Shown here one piece after another: positions 1 to 10,580 of a stretch of DNA of 64,000 nt. Position numbers and translations under genes: made by a program. Origin of the DNA: Takakia lepidozioides (taxonomy: Eukaryota; Plantae; Bryophyta). A model generated the notes under the pieces. It ran no database searches, was not told where the DNA came from, and saw nothing but the letters and a program-made list of their open reading frames with translations. How positions within the stretch are numbered: the stretch's first letter is position 1; each line of letters starts with the position of its first letter. The stretch spans positions 77,066,001-77,130,000 of the forward strand of contig CM060732.1 of the NCBI GenBank assembly GCA_030704615.1, read 5' to 3'.

Positions 1-260
1 CTTGCTTTCATAGGGATTAGGCCGGATTTGATCACCGGTCAATCCTAGAGTATGCTGTCGGTGGTGAGGCTGGAGTGATGACCAGCAAGACCACCAGTGT
101 TTCTTCTATGGTGAGGCTGGGTTGATGACCAGCCAACCATAGGAGTTCTTGCGGTGGATGCAGGTGCAGGTGCCCTGAGCCATTGGGATATGACCCTTAA
201 ACTGCAACAGGTGCCCACCCGTGTCACTATTAGATTAGTACTAGAGCCTTATAGTGTCAC

Positions 261-1810
261 GTGGAGGAGGTGCACATTGTGAGTGTCATTACGGAGTTAC
301 CCAAGGGTTTTGAGGGGAGTACGGCTACAGGCAGTAACAGTGAGAGTGGGTTCACAAGACGAGGTATTCGGTTCAGACCACCTTCACCGCCACCCTCAAT
401 TACTGTAGAGTCAGACACAGACTCGGAGGCTTCATCAACAGGTGTGCACTTTCATTCGCCATTGTTGTGGGACGACATGGAGGAGATGTATGGAGCTACC
501 AAGGGGCCTCGTAGGTACTCTGGAGCTGTGGGCACAATCGAGTTGGATGACTTTATCCAGGAGTTCGACAGCTGGTGTGATTTGCAGCAGATGCGCAATC
601 CACAGCTATTCACCCCATTCATGGCGTGGAAGGGACTGTTCCAGCATTTGGAAGGCCCGCCTATGGACGATTACCACGAGTTCAGGCGAGGACATGAAGC
701 AGAGATTGAGGAGTGGAGGATGTATTGGTCACCTGACTACGTCTCCATTACTCGAGGCACGACGCGACCAGTAGCTGCATCAGTACCAATAGCTCCCACT
801 GCCAGCACTAGTAGTGGAGCAAGTAGTGCTGGTACTTCTGCAGGTGGTACCAGTTCAAAAGGTGCTACTACTCCTCCTGCCACAACTACAACACATGTGC
901 CTAGATTCAACCCGGTGGTGGAGTTCTTCCAGGAGTTGCGGAGGAACTACCAAGGTGTACGGACAGAGAAGCTGCGAAGTTTGCAAGACTTCCAGCGCAA
1001 ACCCAGTGAGAGCCTGCGAGAGGCGTACACTCGTATGAGGCGCTTGATAAGTGTGACCCAAGGGGTTACTGAAGCTCAGGCAATCCAGTTTTGGTATGGA
1101 ATTCTGGACAAGGAGCTCAAGAGAAGGGTGCGAGATGCAACCCTGTTACAAGCAGCCCAACCCACATTAGCAGATGTGTTTCTGCTGGCTGAGCGGATTG
1201 AGCTCAACATGGTGGAGGAGCGAGTTGTTACAATTGGATTTGGCAAGGACATGCCTGTACGGGGCACAGCTGTCAGCCCACAAGCACAAGGGACTGCCCA
1301 ACAGCGTGGTCAGGGGGGCAAGGTTGCCCAGCCCAAGTTCCATGGAGCTTACAGGGGACCTCAGGTGCAGAGGCCCGTGGCATCTTTTGCAGGCCAACAG
1401 CAACCAGGGGTGATATGTTGGACATGTGGAGGACCCCATGTCAAGAGAGATTGCCCAGAGAGTGGCAGAAGGCCGGCACAAGCACAGCCTGCACAGTTGC
1501 AGTGTGGGCATTGTGGCAAGTATGGGCATGGAGATGCCCAGTGTTATGACTTGCATCCTGAGTTGCGCCCAGGCCAGTTCCAAGGGAACAATGGTGGCCG
1601 GGGCGAGGTGGACCAGCCCAGAGAGGACGAGGTGGTCGGGCACGAGGTGCAGGCCAAGGGCAAGCTCAACATGGCCAAGGACGCGGAGGTCAGGGTGTTG
1701 ACCAAGGCATGGCCAACCGGCTTCAGCAGCTAGAGCAGAGGCTCGCTGCCATGGCTATATCAGCTCGGGGTACCGGCTCCCAGGCGGGATGGTCCACCTC
1801 CTGCTCCTGA
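261..1810 (+). CDS. gag: Gag (capsid-like region, two zinc knuckles, RGG-rich tail), frameshifted
   Basis: ORF 261-1733 contains LQDFQRKPSESLREAYTRM (retrotransposon gag major-homology-like), CWTCGGPHVKRDC and CGHCGKYGHGDAQC. Adding one G at ~1603 gives RGRGGPAQRGRGGRARG...MANRLQQLEQRLAAM. First in-frame ATG is at 477. Confidence 0.85.
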
Positions 1811-2399
1811 GGGAGGAGATATGGGAGGCATGGGATTTATGTGCGGAGCAGCACTACCACTAGAGCAGGTGGAGTCTGCTGCAGCCGTGACTCGAGGAGC
1901 AGCACGAGTTCCTGAGCCACGAGGTGCAGAGGTGGAATTGGATCCACAGCGTGGGGAGGCAAGCCGTCAGGCAAGGCTTCCTCAGTCATTCACATTGGCG
2001 GAGACTGTGTCGACGCCATCCATGGCACCTAGTTCTCGCCCGACTGTTACCGAGGCGGAGGTTACTATGCCATTGGGGAGAGCTACACGTGCAGCACTGA
2101 CACCTGCTGCCAAGGCTAGTGCGGCCGGTGTGTTATTGGGGGCAGCCACCTCTGTGTGTCAGGCCCCACTGTTCTCGGCAACCATGATTGCGACGCCGGG
2201 GGTGAGACCAGCTGCAGTGTTCAGACTAGCAGCAACACTCTGTGAGAGTGGGGAGGTCACTTCATCTTCTGCGGAGTTAGTGGAAGGTGTAGTGGCAGAG
2301 GGATCCTCGGATTTGAGGGTCAAGACTGCCACGGCTGCGCCATGGCAAGTTGCAGCTGCCAGGTTGACGGAGCTGCCAGCTAGGCCAGCCATTGAGCGC

Positions 2400-2830
2400 G
2401 CCATGGTGACACCTGGAGTTGTCTTGTTAGACAACCAGGGAGGCATTTTCACTTTGAGTGGACCGGCAGGCAAGAAGTACCGGCCACTGCGGGTCTTGTT
2501 GGACTCAGGAGCTCAGCCACTGATGTTGGGCAGAGCTGCTATTGCAGGTTTGGGCCTCATGGAGGCGGATATGGAGCCTTGTCCTTTCCAGATACAGACA
2601 TCTCTGGGAGGATCAGAGCAGGCTCGCGGCATGACACGGCATCAGTTGGCTATTAGACTGCAGCCGGATCATCCTGTAGATGGCTCAGTGATGCGAGCCA
2701 AGGCCATTGTGACAGACGCGGTCTCTTACGATGTCCTCGTTGGTGGGGCAGTGTTATACCCCATGGGCTTCACCCTGGATTTCTGGGAGGAGTCAGCATC
2801 CTACAGGCCTGGATGGCAGTCAGGGGATGG
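2400..2830 (+). CDS. Retropepsin-type aspartic protease domain of pol
   Basis: VLLDSGAQPLML (D-S-G at 2502-2510) and the downstream YDVLVGGAVL motif in ORF 1821-3476. Confidence 0.85.
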
Positions 2831-3199
2831 TCGCCGTGCACAGCTCCCTGTGACATTCATTGGGGGTATTGCAGCTGCCCAGCGGGGCAAGATGCCAACA
2901 CTAGCCGCCTTCACAGCTGCAGTTAGTTGGCCTGGAGAGTTGCTGGAAGGCAATGCCCATGCAGAGGATGTGCCACCTCCAGCAGAGCAGGATGACATGC
3001 ATGGTACGGCGGAGTTGCCTGCCATGGTTGCTCACACTCCGTTGTGGGGTACGAGCAAGGATTTGCAGCAAGCTGCTGATGGACGGGTGCAACAAGCTTG
3101 GGGAGAAGCTTTTGTACCGTCAGGAGAGGAGGAGAGTGCGGTGATTGCACCAGGGCCACCTCAGTTGTCGCCATTGGACACCACACCTCTTGTGTGGCA

Positions 3200-4175
3200 G
3201 CGGCCGGATGAAGGCATTTGCCTTCTGGACTTGTTTGGCGGGATCAGCACCGGATTGGCTGCTGTGCTACAGGCAGGTGTGCGGGTAAGGCGTTACCTGT
3301 ATGTGGAGAGGGATGAGACTGCACGACGCGTCTCACTGCGCCATGTGGCTCAGTTGGTACAGCAGTACCCTGACTTGTTGCCGTGTCTGCAGTTCGTGGA
3401 TACCAACAAGCCTTGCCAGCAGACATTTCCTTGTTGGGGGCGCAAGATTTGGAGCAGGTTGGCTCCATTGATCTGATAGTGGCAGGTTGGCCCTGCCAAG
3501 GGCATTCATCAGCCGGGCATGGCAATGGATTGCGAGACTCGAGGACGGGTCTGTTTTGGGAGATGGTGCGGATTTTGCGCGCTTGCAGCTTCATCAAGCT
3601 GTATCTCCAGCATACATCTTGGAGAATGTACCACTGATGGGTGATTCTCGGGCCAGGGTGATGGCCAGTGTGCATCAAGTCCGGTCGTGGCTTGGGTCAG
3701 CAGTGTTGCTGGATGCAGCTGCAGTGGGGTCACGGGCTCATCGTCCACGACTATGGTGGACTAACTTGATGCCACCCGCACTGCTCAAGCGTGCATTTGA
3801 TGGGGGTGCAGCGGCCAGCACACCTCACCGTGGATGGCATTTTGGACACAGGAGGCAGTCTCAACGTGTGAGACACGATGACCGTTCGCCTTTGGCAGTG
3901 GTCAACAGGGTGGGTCAACCACGAGCAGCATTACCTACACTGCTCAGCTTCCCAGGATCCCATGCTTTTCGGGATGGTGGACCTGGCCTCCTGTGGGATG
4001 CTCAGTTGCAGCAGTTAGTTAGTGGAGCCTAATGCCGACGAGCGAGAGCGGGCTATGGGGTTTTCCACTGGGACCACGGCGGTGCCTTCTCTTTCTGAGG
4101 CATCACGTCGTCAGGTGTTGGGGCAAGCAATGGATCTCAATTGCTTGACCTGGATTGTCAGCTTGGCTATGGCTG
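3200..4175 (+). CDS. DNMT3-like C5 cytosine DNA methyltransferase domain embedded in pol (split by small indels)
   Basis: Motif I LLDLFGGISTG (~3222-3254), motif II RYLYVERD, motif III DI, motif IV DLIVAGWPCQGHS (catalytic Cys 3494-3496), motif VI ILENV (ENV 3622-3630), motif VIII AHRPRLWWTNL, motif IX ERERAMGF, motif X RRQVLGQAM. These are colinear with DNMT3 (SLFDGIATG / GGSPCNDLS / FENV / AHRARYFWGNL / EMERVFGF / RQRLLGRSW). Frame breaks at ~3383, ~3580, ~3803, ~3852 and ~4020. Confidence 0.93.
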
Positions 4176-4465
4176 AGCAACGTAGAGTGCGGAGTGCACT
4201 TCCCTTGACGGTCTCTCTGCCTACCGAGACGGTACAGGCAGCGAGTGGGGGCGAGCCGGTGAGGACCACGAGGTGTAGACATCCATGGCACACGTGGGAG
4301 GTGCTCGAGGTTCAGAGGGAGTTGGCAGCGAAGGCAGCTGTGATGGATGAGGTTGGGGATTCTTCTCGGGATGAGGAGGTTCTCAATGATGAGATGATGG
4401 GGCAGGATGAGGCCTTGTCATTGACTGAGCAGGAAGGGGGTACTGCTCAAGAGGTTGCAGCATAG

Positions 4466-5600
4466 CAACCACGGGACGCGTCCTCTACCTCTAAGCCCAC
4501 TGGACTTAAGGTTGCAGTTACGGAGGACAATTGGGAGCCTGACATTGGACCCATTGTCACCGGAGGAGAGAGACGACGTATACGGCGGTTCCTGAGGGCT
4601 TACAGGAATTGCTTTGCCTTCAGTTTGAAGGACTTGGGAGCACTGAAGGGTCAAGAGATCCGTATTGAGTTGGCCACTGACACGCCAATCTTTCGGAGAC
4701 CCTATAGATACAGTGACATGGAGAGGTCTTTGATTCAGATGAGGACTCAAGATCTCTGGGAGGCAGGTTTGGTGGAGCTCTCTGGTGGAGAGTATGCTTC
4801 AGCCACAGTGATGCCAGCTAAGAAGGATGTCTATGGCAATTGGACGGAGAGACGTATGTGCGGTGATTACCGGCCTGTAAATCGTCAGACCAAGTCCGAT
4901 AGGTATGCCATGCCAACACCAGAGGAGATCTTTGATGCCATTGGGCATTCCAAGGTCTTTAGCACGTTGGATTTACGATCCGGATATCACCAGTTGCCGA
5001 TCAAGGAGGCGGATAAGCAAAAGACGGCATTCTGGGGGATCAATGAGCACGGGAAGGATTGCCTATACCAGTGGCGGTTCTTACCATTTGGGCTTAAAAA
5101 CGCTCCCGCTGAGTTTCAAAGAGTCATGGACAGGATTCTAGCAGGGGTGGAGTTTGCTCGGTGCTACATAGATGACATCATCATCTTTAGTGCTACGGTG
5201 GAGGAGCATGAGAGACACCTTCAGGGGGTATTTGAGCGCTTGAGGACGCACGGATTGAAGTTACATCCGGGCAAGTGCAAGTTTTTCCACAACCAGATTG
5301 AGTATCTGGGTCACATGATATATCCTGGAGGATTGGGGGTACAGCAGACTAAGGTAGAGTCCATTGCACAGGTTCCACGCCCCACGGATGTGAGCCGAGT
5401 TCGAGCTTTCATGGGGTTAGCAAACTATTACAGACGGTTTGTTAAGGGATTTAGTGCCATTGCAAAGGCTCTAACCAAGCTGACCAAGGTGGACCAGGAG
5501 GAGTGGCAGTGGGAAGATGAGCAAGAACAAGCTTTTCAAGAGCTCAAGGCGAGGTTGACCTCGGCGCCCATCTTGAGACGACCTATCAGGGGCGTCCTTT
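4466..5600 (+). CDS. pol: Reverse transcriptase (gypsy type) plus connection domain
   Basis: RMCGDYRPVN, FSTLDLRSGYHQ, LPFGLKNAPAEFQ, YIDDIIIFS, KCKF...YLGH, RAFMGLANYYRRFV. The frame is open from 4466, directly after TAG 4463-4465. Confidence 0.97.
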
Positions 5601-5965
5601 TCAGCTGCATACAGATTGGAGCATGCTGGGGCTTGGAGCGGTGCTCACACAGGTGGATGATGAGGGAAGAGAGTTCGTAGTGGCTTATGCTAGCCGCTCG
5701 AACAATGCTGCAGAGTCTAAGTATAGCTCATATGAGGGAGAATGCTTAGCTGCAGTGTGGGCCGTGGCACACTTCAGGTGCTATCTATACGGCAATCTCT
5801 TCACCCTTGTCACGGATCACCAACCACTCAAGTGGTTGATGGAGTCAGACAAGCTTACGGGGAAGCTTGCACGGTGGGCACTCATCCTTCAAGAGTATGA
5901 CTTTCAGGTGGTGCATCGACCGGGTTTGGTCAATCGAAATGCAGATGGGTTGAGTCGCAATCCAT
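5600..5965 (+). CDS. RNase H domain
   Basis: After a 1-nt frameshift at ~5590: FQLHTDWSMLGLGAVLTQ...VVAYASR...YSSYEGECLAAVWA...LVTDHQPLKWL...RWALILQEYDF...NADGLSR. Confidence 0.95.
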
Positions 5966-6329
5966 GCACGAGCCAGCAGGATGACACTGGAGCTCGGTGG
6001 CATGGTGAGACGGACGAGGAGATGGTGCCCGGATGGCATGCATCTGCATTTCTGTGTATCTTGGCAGCGGAAGGCCAGGTTGGACCTACAACAGGGATGA
6101 CTGTAGATCAAGTGTCTGAGGACCCTGAGGCCAGCAATGAGCAGGGTGGCGCCAAAGATATACATGAGGATTCAGTTGTGTTGGACTACCTCCGCACTGG
6201 AGACACGGCAGCCACTGTGACTGCCAAGGAGAGGGATCGGATCCTACAACGAGCCAAGAGGTTCAAGTGGGAGGGGACACACCTGCTCCGAGTGTGGGAG
6301 GATGGTCGAGTGAGGATTGTGCCTCACCC

Positions 6330-7440
6330 AACACAGCGGGCACGGTTAGTGCGGCATGCCCATGAGGAGTTGGGGCATTTTGGGGTGCGACGCACTCATA
6401 GTCTACTGCAGGGGCAGTATTGGTGGCGTGGTATGCACACAGAGGTGCAACAATTTGTGGCTAGGTGCATGGTGTGTGACAGGGTGCGTGCTTCATTCAA
6501 CGCCCCTACTCCACAATTGCACCCTCTTCCGATCATGGGATTGGGCTACAGGTGGAGTCTTGACTTCGCAGGGCCGTTGCCACTGACCATGCGCACAACA
6601 AGTACGTGTTGGTGATGGTGGAGCACTTCTCCAAGTGGATTGAATTGGTTCCATTGCCTGATAAGGCTAGTGAGGGAGCTGCGTATGCATTCTTGGATTG
6701 TGTGCTTAGCCGATTCGGTGCTCCAGCTGAGGTACTCACGGACCAAGGGAGAGAGTTCTTGGGGGAGTTTCAGGCTTTGTGTGACAAGGCCTTGATAGAC
6801 CACCGCACCACTTCTCGGGATCATCCTGAGGCCGATGGCTTGGCAGAGAGAGTTGTTCAGACAGTAAAGAGGGGTTTGCGCAAGTATGGCTTGCAGAAGG
6901 GACACCTAGGAGATTGGGACCTTCAGTTACCCTGGTTAGCCATGGGCTACAGGTTCAGCAAGCAAGCATCACTTGCCTCCTTCTCACCATACTTTCTTCT
7001 CTTTGGCCGAGAGCCGGATTTGCCTACATCCATTCGCAGAGAAGCTGCTACAGTTCTTAACCTTGACGATCCGGACGTGTGGGCACGTGCATGTGAGCAG
7101 CGTGCAGAGTTGTTCAAGAGAGTCATGCCCATGGCTTTCGAGAACCTTGCCATTGCACAACACCGTGATACGTTGAGGTATGCTACCATACGTGGTGGGG
7201 GCTATCGTCCTGGGGTTCGGAGATTCAACCCTGGTGACTATGTCTATCTGCAGCAGACTGCTCCTACGACCCTGGATGTGACTGCAGGACGTGTTATTTT
7301 AAAGGGTTCGAGATGTCTTGCCCTCAGGCGTCTTGGTCTTGGAGGGTCGGGATGGCATAACTTGGAAGGACCATGTGCGTAATTGTGCGCCATGTCACCT
7401 TCCGAATGTCGATGGCAGGATTGACCCAAACCTGGCAGTG
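6330..7440 (+). CDS. DDE integrase
   Basis: HHCC zinc domain (HEELGH...CMVC), catalytic SLDFAGPL / LTDQGREF / GLAERVVQT, and FNPGDYVYL. Frameshifts at ~6592 and ~7302. Confidence 0.95.
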
Positions 7441-7451
7441 GTATCTGCAGG

Positions 7452-7595
7452 TTGAGGTGCATGTTGTGTGGGTCTGCTAAAGGGGCAGCCACCATGCTGG
7501 TGTGTGATCGATGCTCTAGAGGTTGGCATATGGGGTGCTTGACTCCACCTCTTGAGATGGTTCCAGATGGGGATTGGTTATGTCCACATGCATTG
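7452..7595 (+). CDS. PHD finger at the integrase C-terminus
   Basis: CMLC...MLVCDRCSRGWHMGCLTPPLEMVPDGDWLCP(xC) fits C4HC3. The last Cys is restored by a 1-nt insertion at ~7587 (TGT CCA CA- TGC). Confidence 0.88.
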
Positions 7596-7844
7596 GATAG
7601 TGGGAGTGGATACAACCATGGGAGGCTAACAAGCAACGCAAGGCCCAGCTACAGGAGACCTTGAATACACGAAGTCCTGGCTCAAGTTCACAGATTGCAA
7701 GACGGCGACTAACGATGGGGCTACTCTTGTACCCGGCCTCTTGGTCTATAGAGTTTGAGTACGATAGGGACAGTGATACAGGACTTAGTACGGCTATGGC
7801 TATTACGTCTTGTAGCTATCTGGAGGTAGAGGGACCTATCCACC

Positions 7845-7857
7845 AGCTAGGGGGGCG
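7845..7857 (+). promoter_or_regulatory. Polypurine tract
   Basis: AGCTAGGGGGGCG ends 2 nt before the LTR-initial TG at 7860. Confidence 0.75.
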
Positions 7858-7859
7858 AT

Positions 7860-8391
7860 TGTGGTAGACTACTTTATTGTGCATATATGTGTGGTGTGGT
7901 TTGGACAGCGATGTAGTTGTGTAGCGATATGTATGCGCACGACAGCTGTCAAGTTAAATAAGCACAGTGTGAAAACAACTAGCATAAAACTAGTTATTTG
8001 TATTTAACACTTGGATTTAGGTCAAGTGTTAAATCAGGTGTCAAGTTTAGTTTGACACCTGGTCCGTCTTATCTTCACGAGAGCGGCAGTCGCGCAGCTC
8101 ATCTCTCTCGAGTTGAGCCTGCGCGACCGAGCTCCTGTGTGCGTTTAGATCTGAGTGTACTCATGATGGGAGGTAGGTTGTGTGTGGGTGGAGTCCCCAT
8201 AGCTTGGGGTGCCCCTGGCTCGACTACTGTTTTAAAGAGTGATGGTTTTGGATTTCACATTGTTTCTTGTGTGGAGAGCAGTGTCATTTGTTAGCTTTCT
8301 TATCATTGTGGTAGACTACTTTATTGTGCATATATGTGTGGTGTGGTTTGGACAGCGATGTAGTTGTGTAGCGATATGTATGCGCACGACA
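7860..8391 (+). repeat. 3' LTR (532 bp) with identical 85-bp direct repeats at both ends (7860-7944 and 8307-8391)
   Basis: TGTGGTAGACTACT...ATGCGCACGACA occurs twice, identical by eye. TG/CA termini with an imperfect TGTGGT/ACGACA inverted end. Follows the PPT. Confidence 0.8.
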
Positions 8392-10344
8392 ACCAACATG
8401 TTAGTGAGGATTATGGAACCCGTGGTAAATTACAGTCCCCTACACTTGTCGTCGATGTCAACTAAGAACCTCAAAAGCAAGAGAGAAAGACATAAAGCAA
8501 AAAGAATCCTAATCACCAAAAGCACCTTGAGCGATTGGGGAAGATAATAACTGTGCGCCATCGCCACCAGCAAGCCACCTCCAGCACAGTTAAGGAGAAG
8601 TGAAGCATACAAGCATCCTTGCTAGGTTTAAGAAGGGAGAGAGAGATATTTCCCAACCCGAGCGCCGCCGCGAAGCATAAAAGCCAGAGGAGGGAAAGAG
8701 ACGATGCATTCACAACATTGTCTCCCGCCTGTGAGAAGAGACAAAACGCCGCCATTGCGCATCCCTAGGAGCTCGTCCAGCATGGATACAAAGCAGCAGA
8801 CAGGGTCGCAGCAAAACGCAGATGCCATAACTCTCATCCCGCAAGCTCAAAAGCACGAGGAGTGCTGCTGACGGCGGGAAAGACACCATAGGGCCATGCC
8901 CGATTTTTCATCCGTGCAGCATGAGTAATCAACACTACTTTTTTCGAAACCCGACGGATGTCATCCGTTAGCTAGGTTTAAACAATAGGTTGTAGGGTAG
9001 AGATTAGGGTTTCATTCCTTAATGAGCCATAATTAAGGATAATTAATTATTAAACAACAGTCCAGGGCCATCATAGGCTACATATTTCATCTAGTTCAGA
9101 TGAAAAAGTTAATAAGTTCATCCAGTTGGAGAAGGTTCGTCAATAGGATGGAAAAACAATACATAATATCCAAGGCAACGGTTTCACATCCTAACAAGTA
9201 ATTCAACATCCCCAAAAAAATGCCTCATCCAGTACGGAAAAAAGCCATGAAAGAGGAATAAACGAATTAATGGAAGGCTATAGCAGCAGTGGCTTAATGA
9301 TCGTCATACTCTGCACGATCGATGCTCTCTAGTATTAATAATACTCCTTTTCCTTCGAACCTGCTTGCTGGCTGTGGTATATCAGTGGGTTCAACCCCCC
9401 CAACCAGATATGTCATATCAAATGTTCGCAGGAACGATGGGGATACAGAGGCGGTCATAGCAAGGAGATGTGAAAACAGACGTGCAGGACATCGACATTG
9501 GGGTTGAATAAATGAACAGAAGAAACAACAGACAGTGACACACACAAACGCCACTGAATAGATGAAGATCAGGGATTGTGAAAGTACAGAAAGATCAGGG
9601 AGCCGCAATTTTGCAGCACGGGACTAAGATAGAGCCTTGTGGCCATTGACCCGCGCCCGGTGTGAGCAGAACACAAAGGGATAGAACCTACCTTTGTGAC
9701 ATCAAGACAACCATCCGTATTTCATTTGTGGGGCAAACCCAGATCCGTTGTATCTTGGGCCCAGATGTGCCTTCCAAAAAGAGAGCTGGGGGTACTGGAT
9801 CCCGGTACTCAGATTAGTGTATTTCTAGAAAAATGGATGGTCCTCTGACTGGGAATGGGTCGCATTTACAGCATCTCAAAACCAAGTAATCTATGATTTT
9901 TTCTCAAGCTAACTGAGTTTGGTGGCTTATAGCATTAATTCGGGCTGATATGTCCCAATTATCTTTGAATTGTGGCTATTAGTTCTGGCTAAATAAGTGA
10001 CATAATAACATTGTTCAGAGGCCCGATGAGAGGAAATCCAGCTAGGACTGGTCAAACAAGCTCCCAGCAGCCAATTTCTGACTAAATTGTAATAGTGGCT
10101 GATCCTAACTATTTTAACTGCTCTGTGGTGTACTGAGTAATTGGCCGTTTATGGAAGTTCAAAACTATTGGGAACTTGGTGGTGAACAATGCAAAAGAGC
10201 TACCTTCTGGATAATACCCTACCTTCCTGGAGACGTATGGTGTCAGGGATCCCTGGTAAGATAATGTGTTAAGGGAAAGGCTGATACAAGTGCATTGCTG
10301 GAACTTGGCTCTTCAAAAAATGCTGGCCCCTGAACTATGTTGAT

Positions 10345-10580
10345 TGGCAGTAGCATATAACATACCCAAAAGTGCCCATCACATGCATTGATACATAATG
10401 GCTCTGGCCTGCAGGTGCCAACATAGCAAGTGCAAAATCTGCTAGCTTGGCATTGAAGTTATACCTCATTAATATATCAGAGGCCTTGAAATCCTTATTC
10501 GTGTGGGCCAGTCCAGTGAGACCACGTGTTGCAACAAGAATAGTGTCATATAGGCTGATTGTAGTGTGGTCCCACAACAC
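10345..10580 (-). pseudogene. Receptor-like kinase fragment (subdomains VI-VIII), degenerate
   Basis: [56 protein letters not shown] resembles RLK HRDFKASNILL..NFNAKVADFGLA...[11 protein letters not shown]. Catalytic-loop and DFG residues are altered. Confidence 0.8.

Larger units (their letters stand above)
1..8391 (+). mobile_element. Ty3/gypsy LTR retrotransposon carrying a DNMT3-like cytosine methyltransferase and a PHD finger; 5' LTR/PBS lie left of the window
   Basis: Domain order gag-PR-(MTase)-RT-RH-INT is the gypsy order. PPT at ~7845-7857, then a TG...CA LTR at 7860-8391. The putative TSD is the 4-5 bp after the LTR (ACCA[A], 8392-8396). Confidence 0.95.

Noticed and set aside
3200-4175. 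Bacterial restriction-modification methyltransferase, contamination, or a captured host DRM/CMT/MET1 gene
   Set aside because: Motif wording follows DNMT3, the order is unpermuted, there are no introns or BAH/chromo/UBA domains, and it is fused in frame to the retroviral-type protease.
8002-8034. dif/lox-like recombination site (arm ends TGTTAAAT)
   Set aside because: No recombinase is encoded and the resemblance is short. Kept only as an LTR palindrome.
7860-8391. DIRS/Ngaro split-repeat element or a nested TRIM
   Set aside because: The element has a DDE integrase and protease with no tyrosine recombinase, and the spacer lacks a PBS and PPT.
8400-10300. Short ORFs and CATCC-rich motifs right of the LTR
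   Set aside because: No recognisable domain, TIR pair or TSD.
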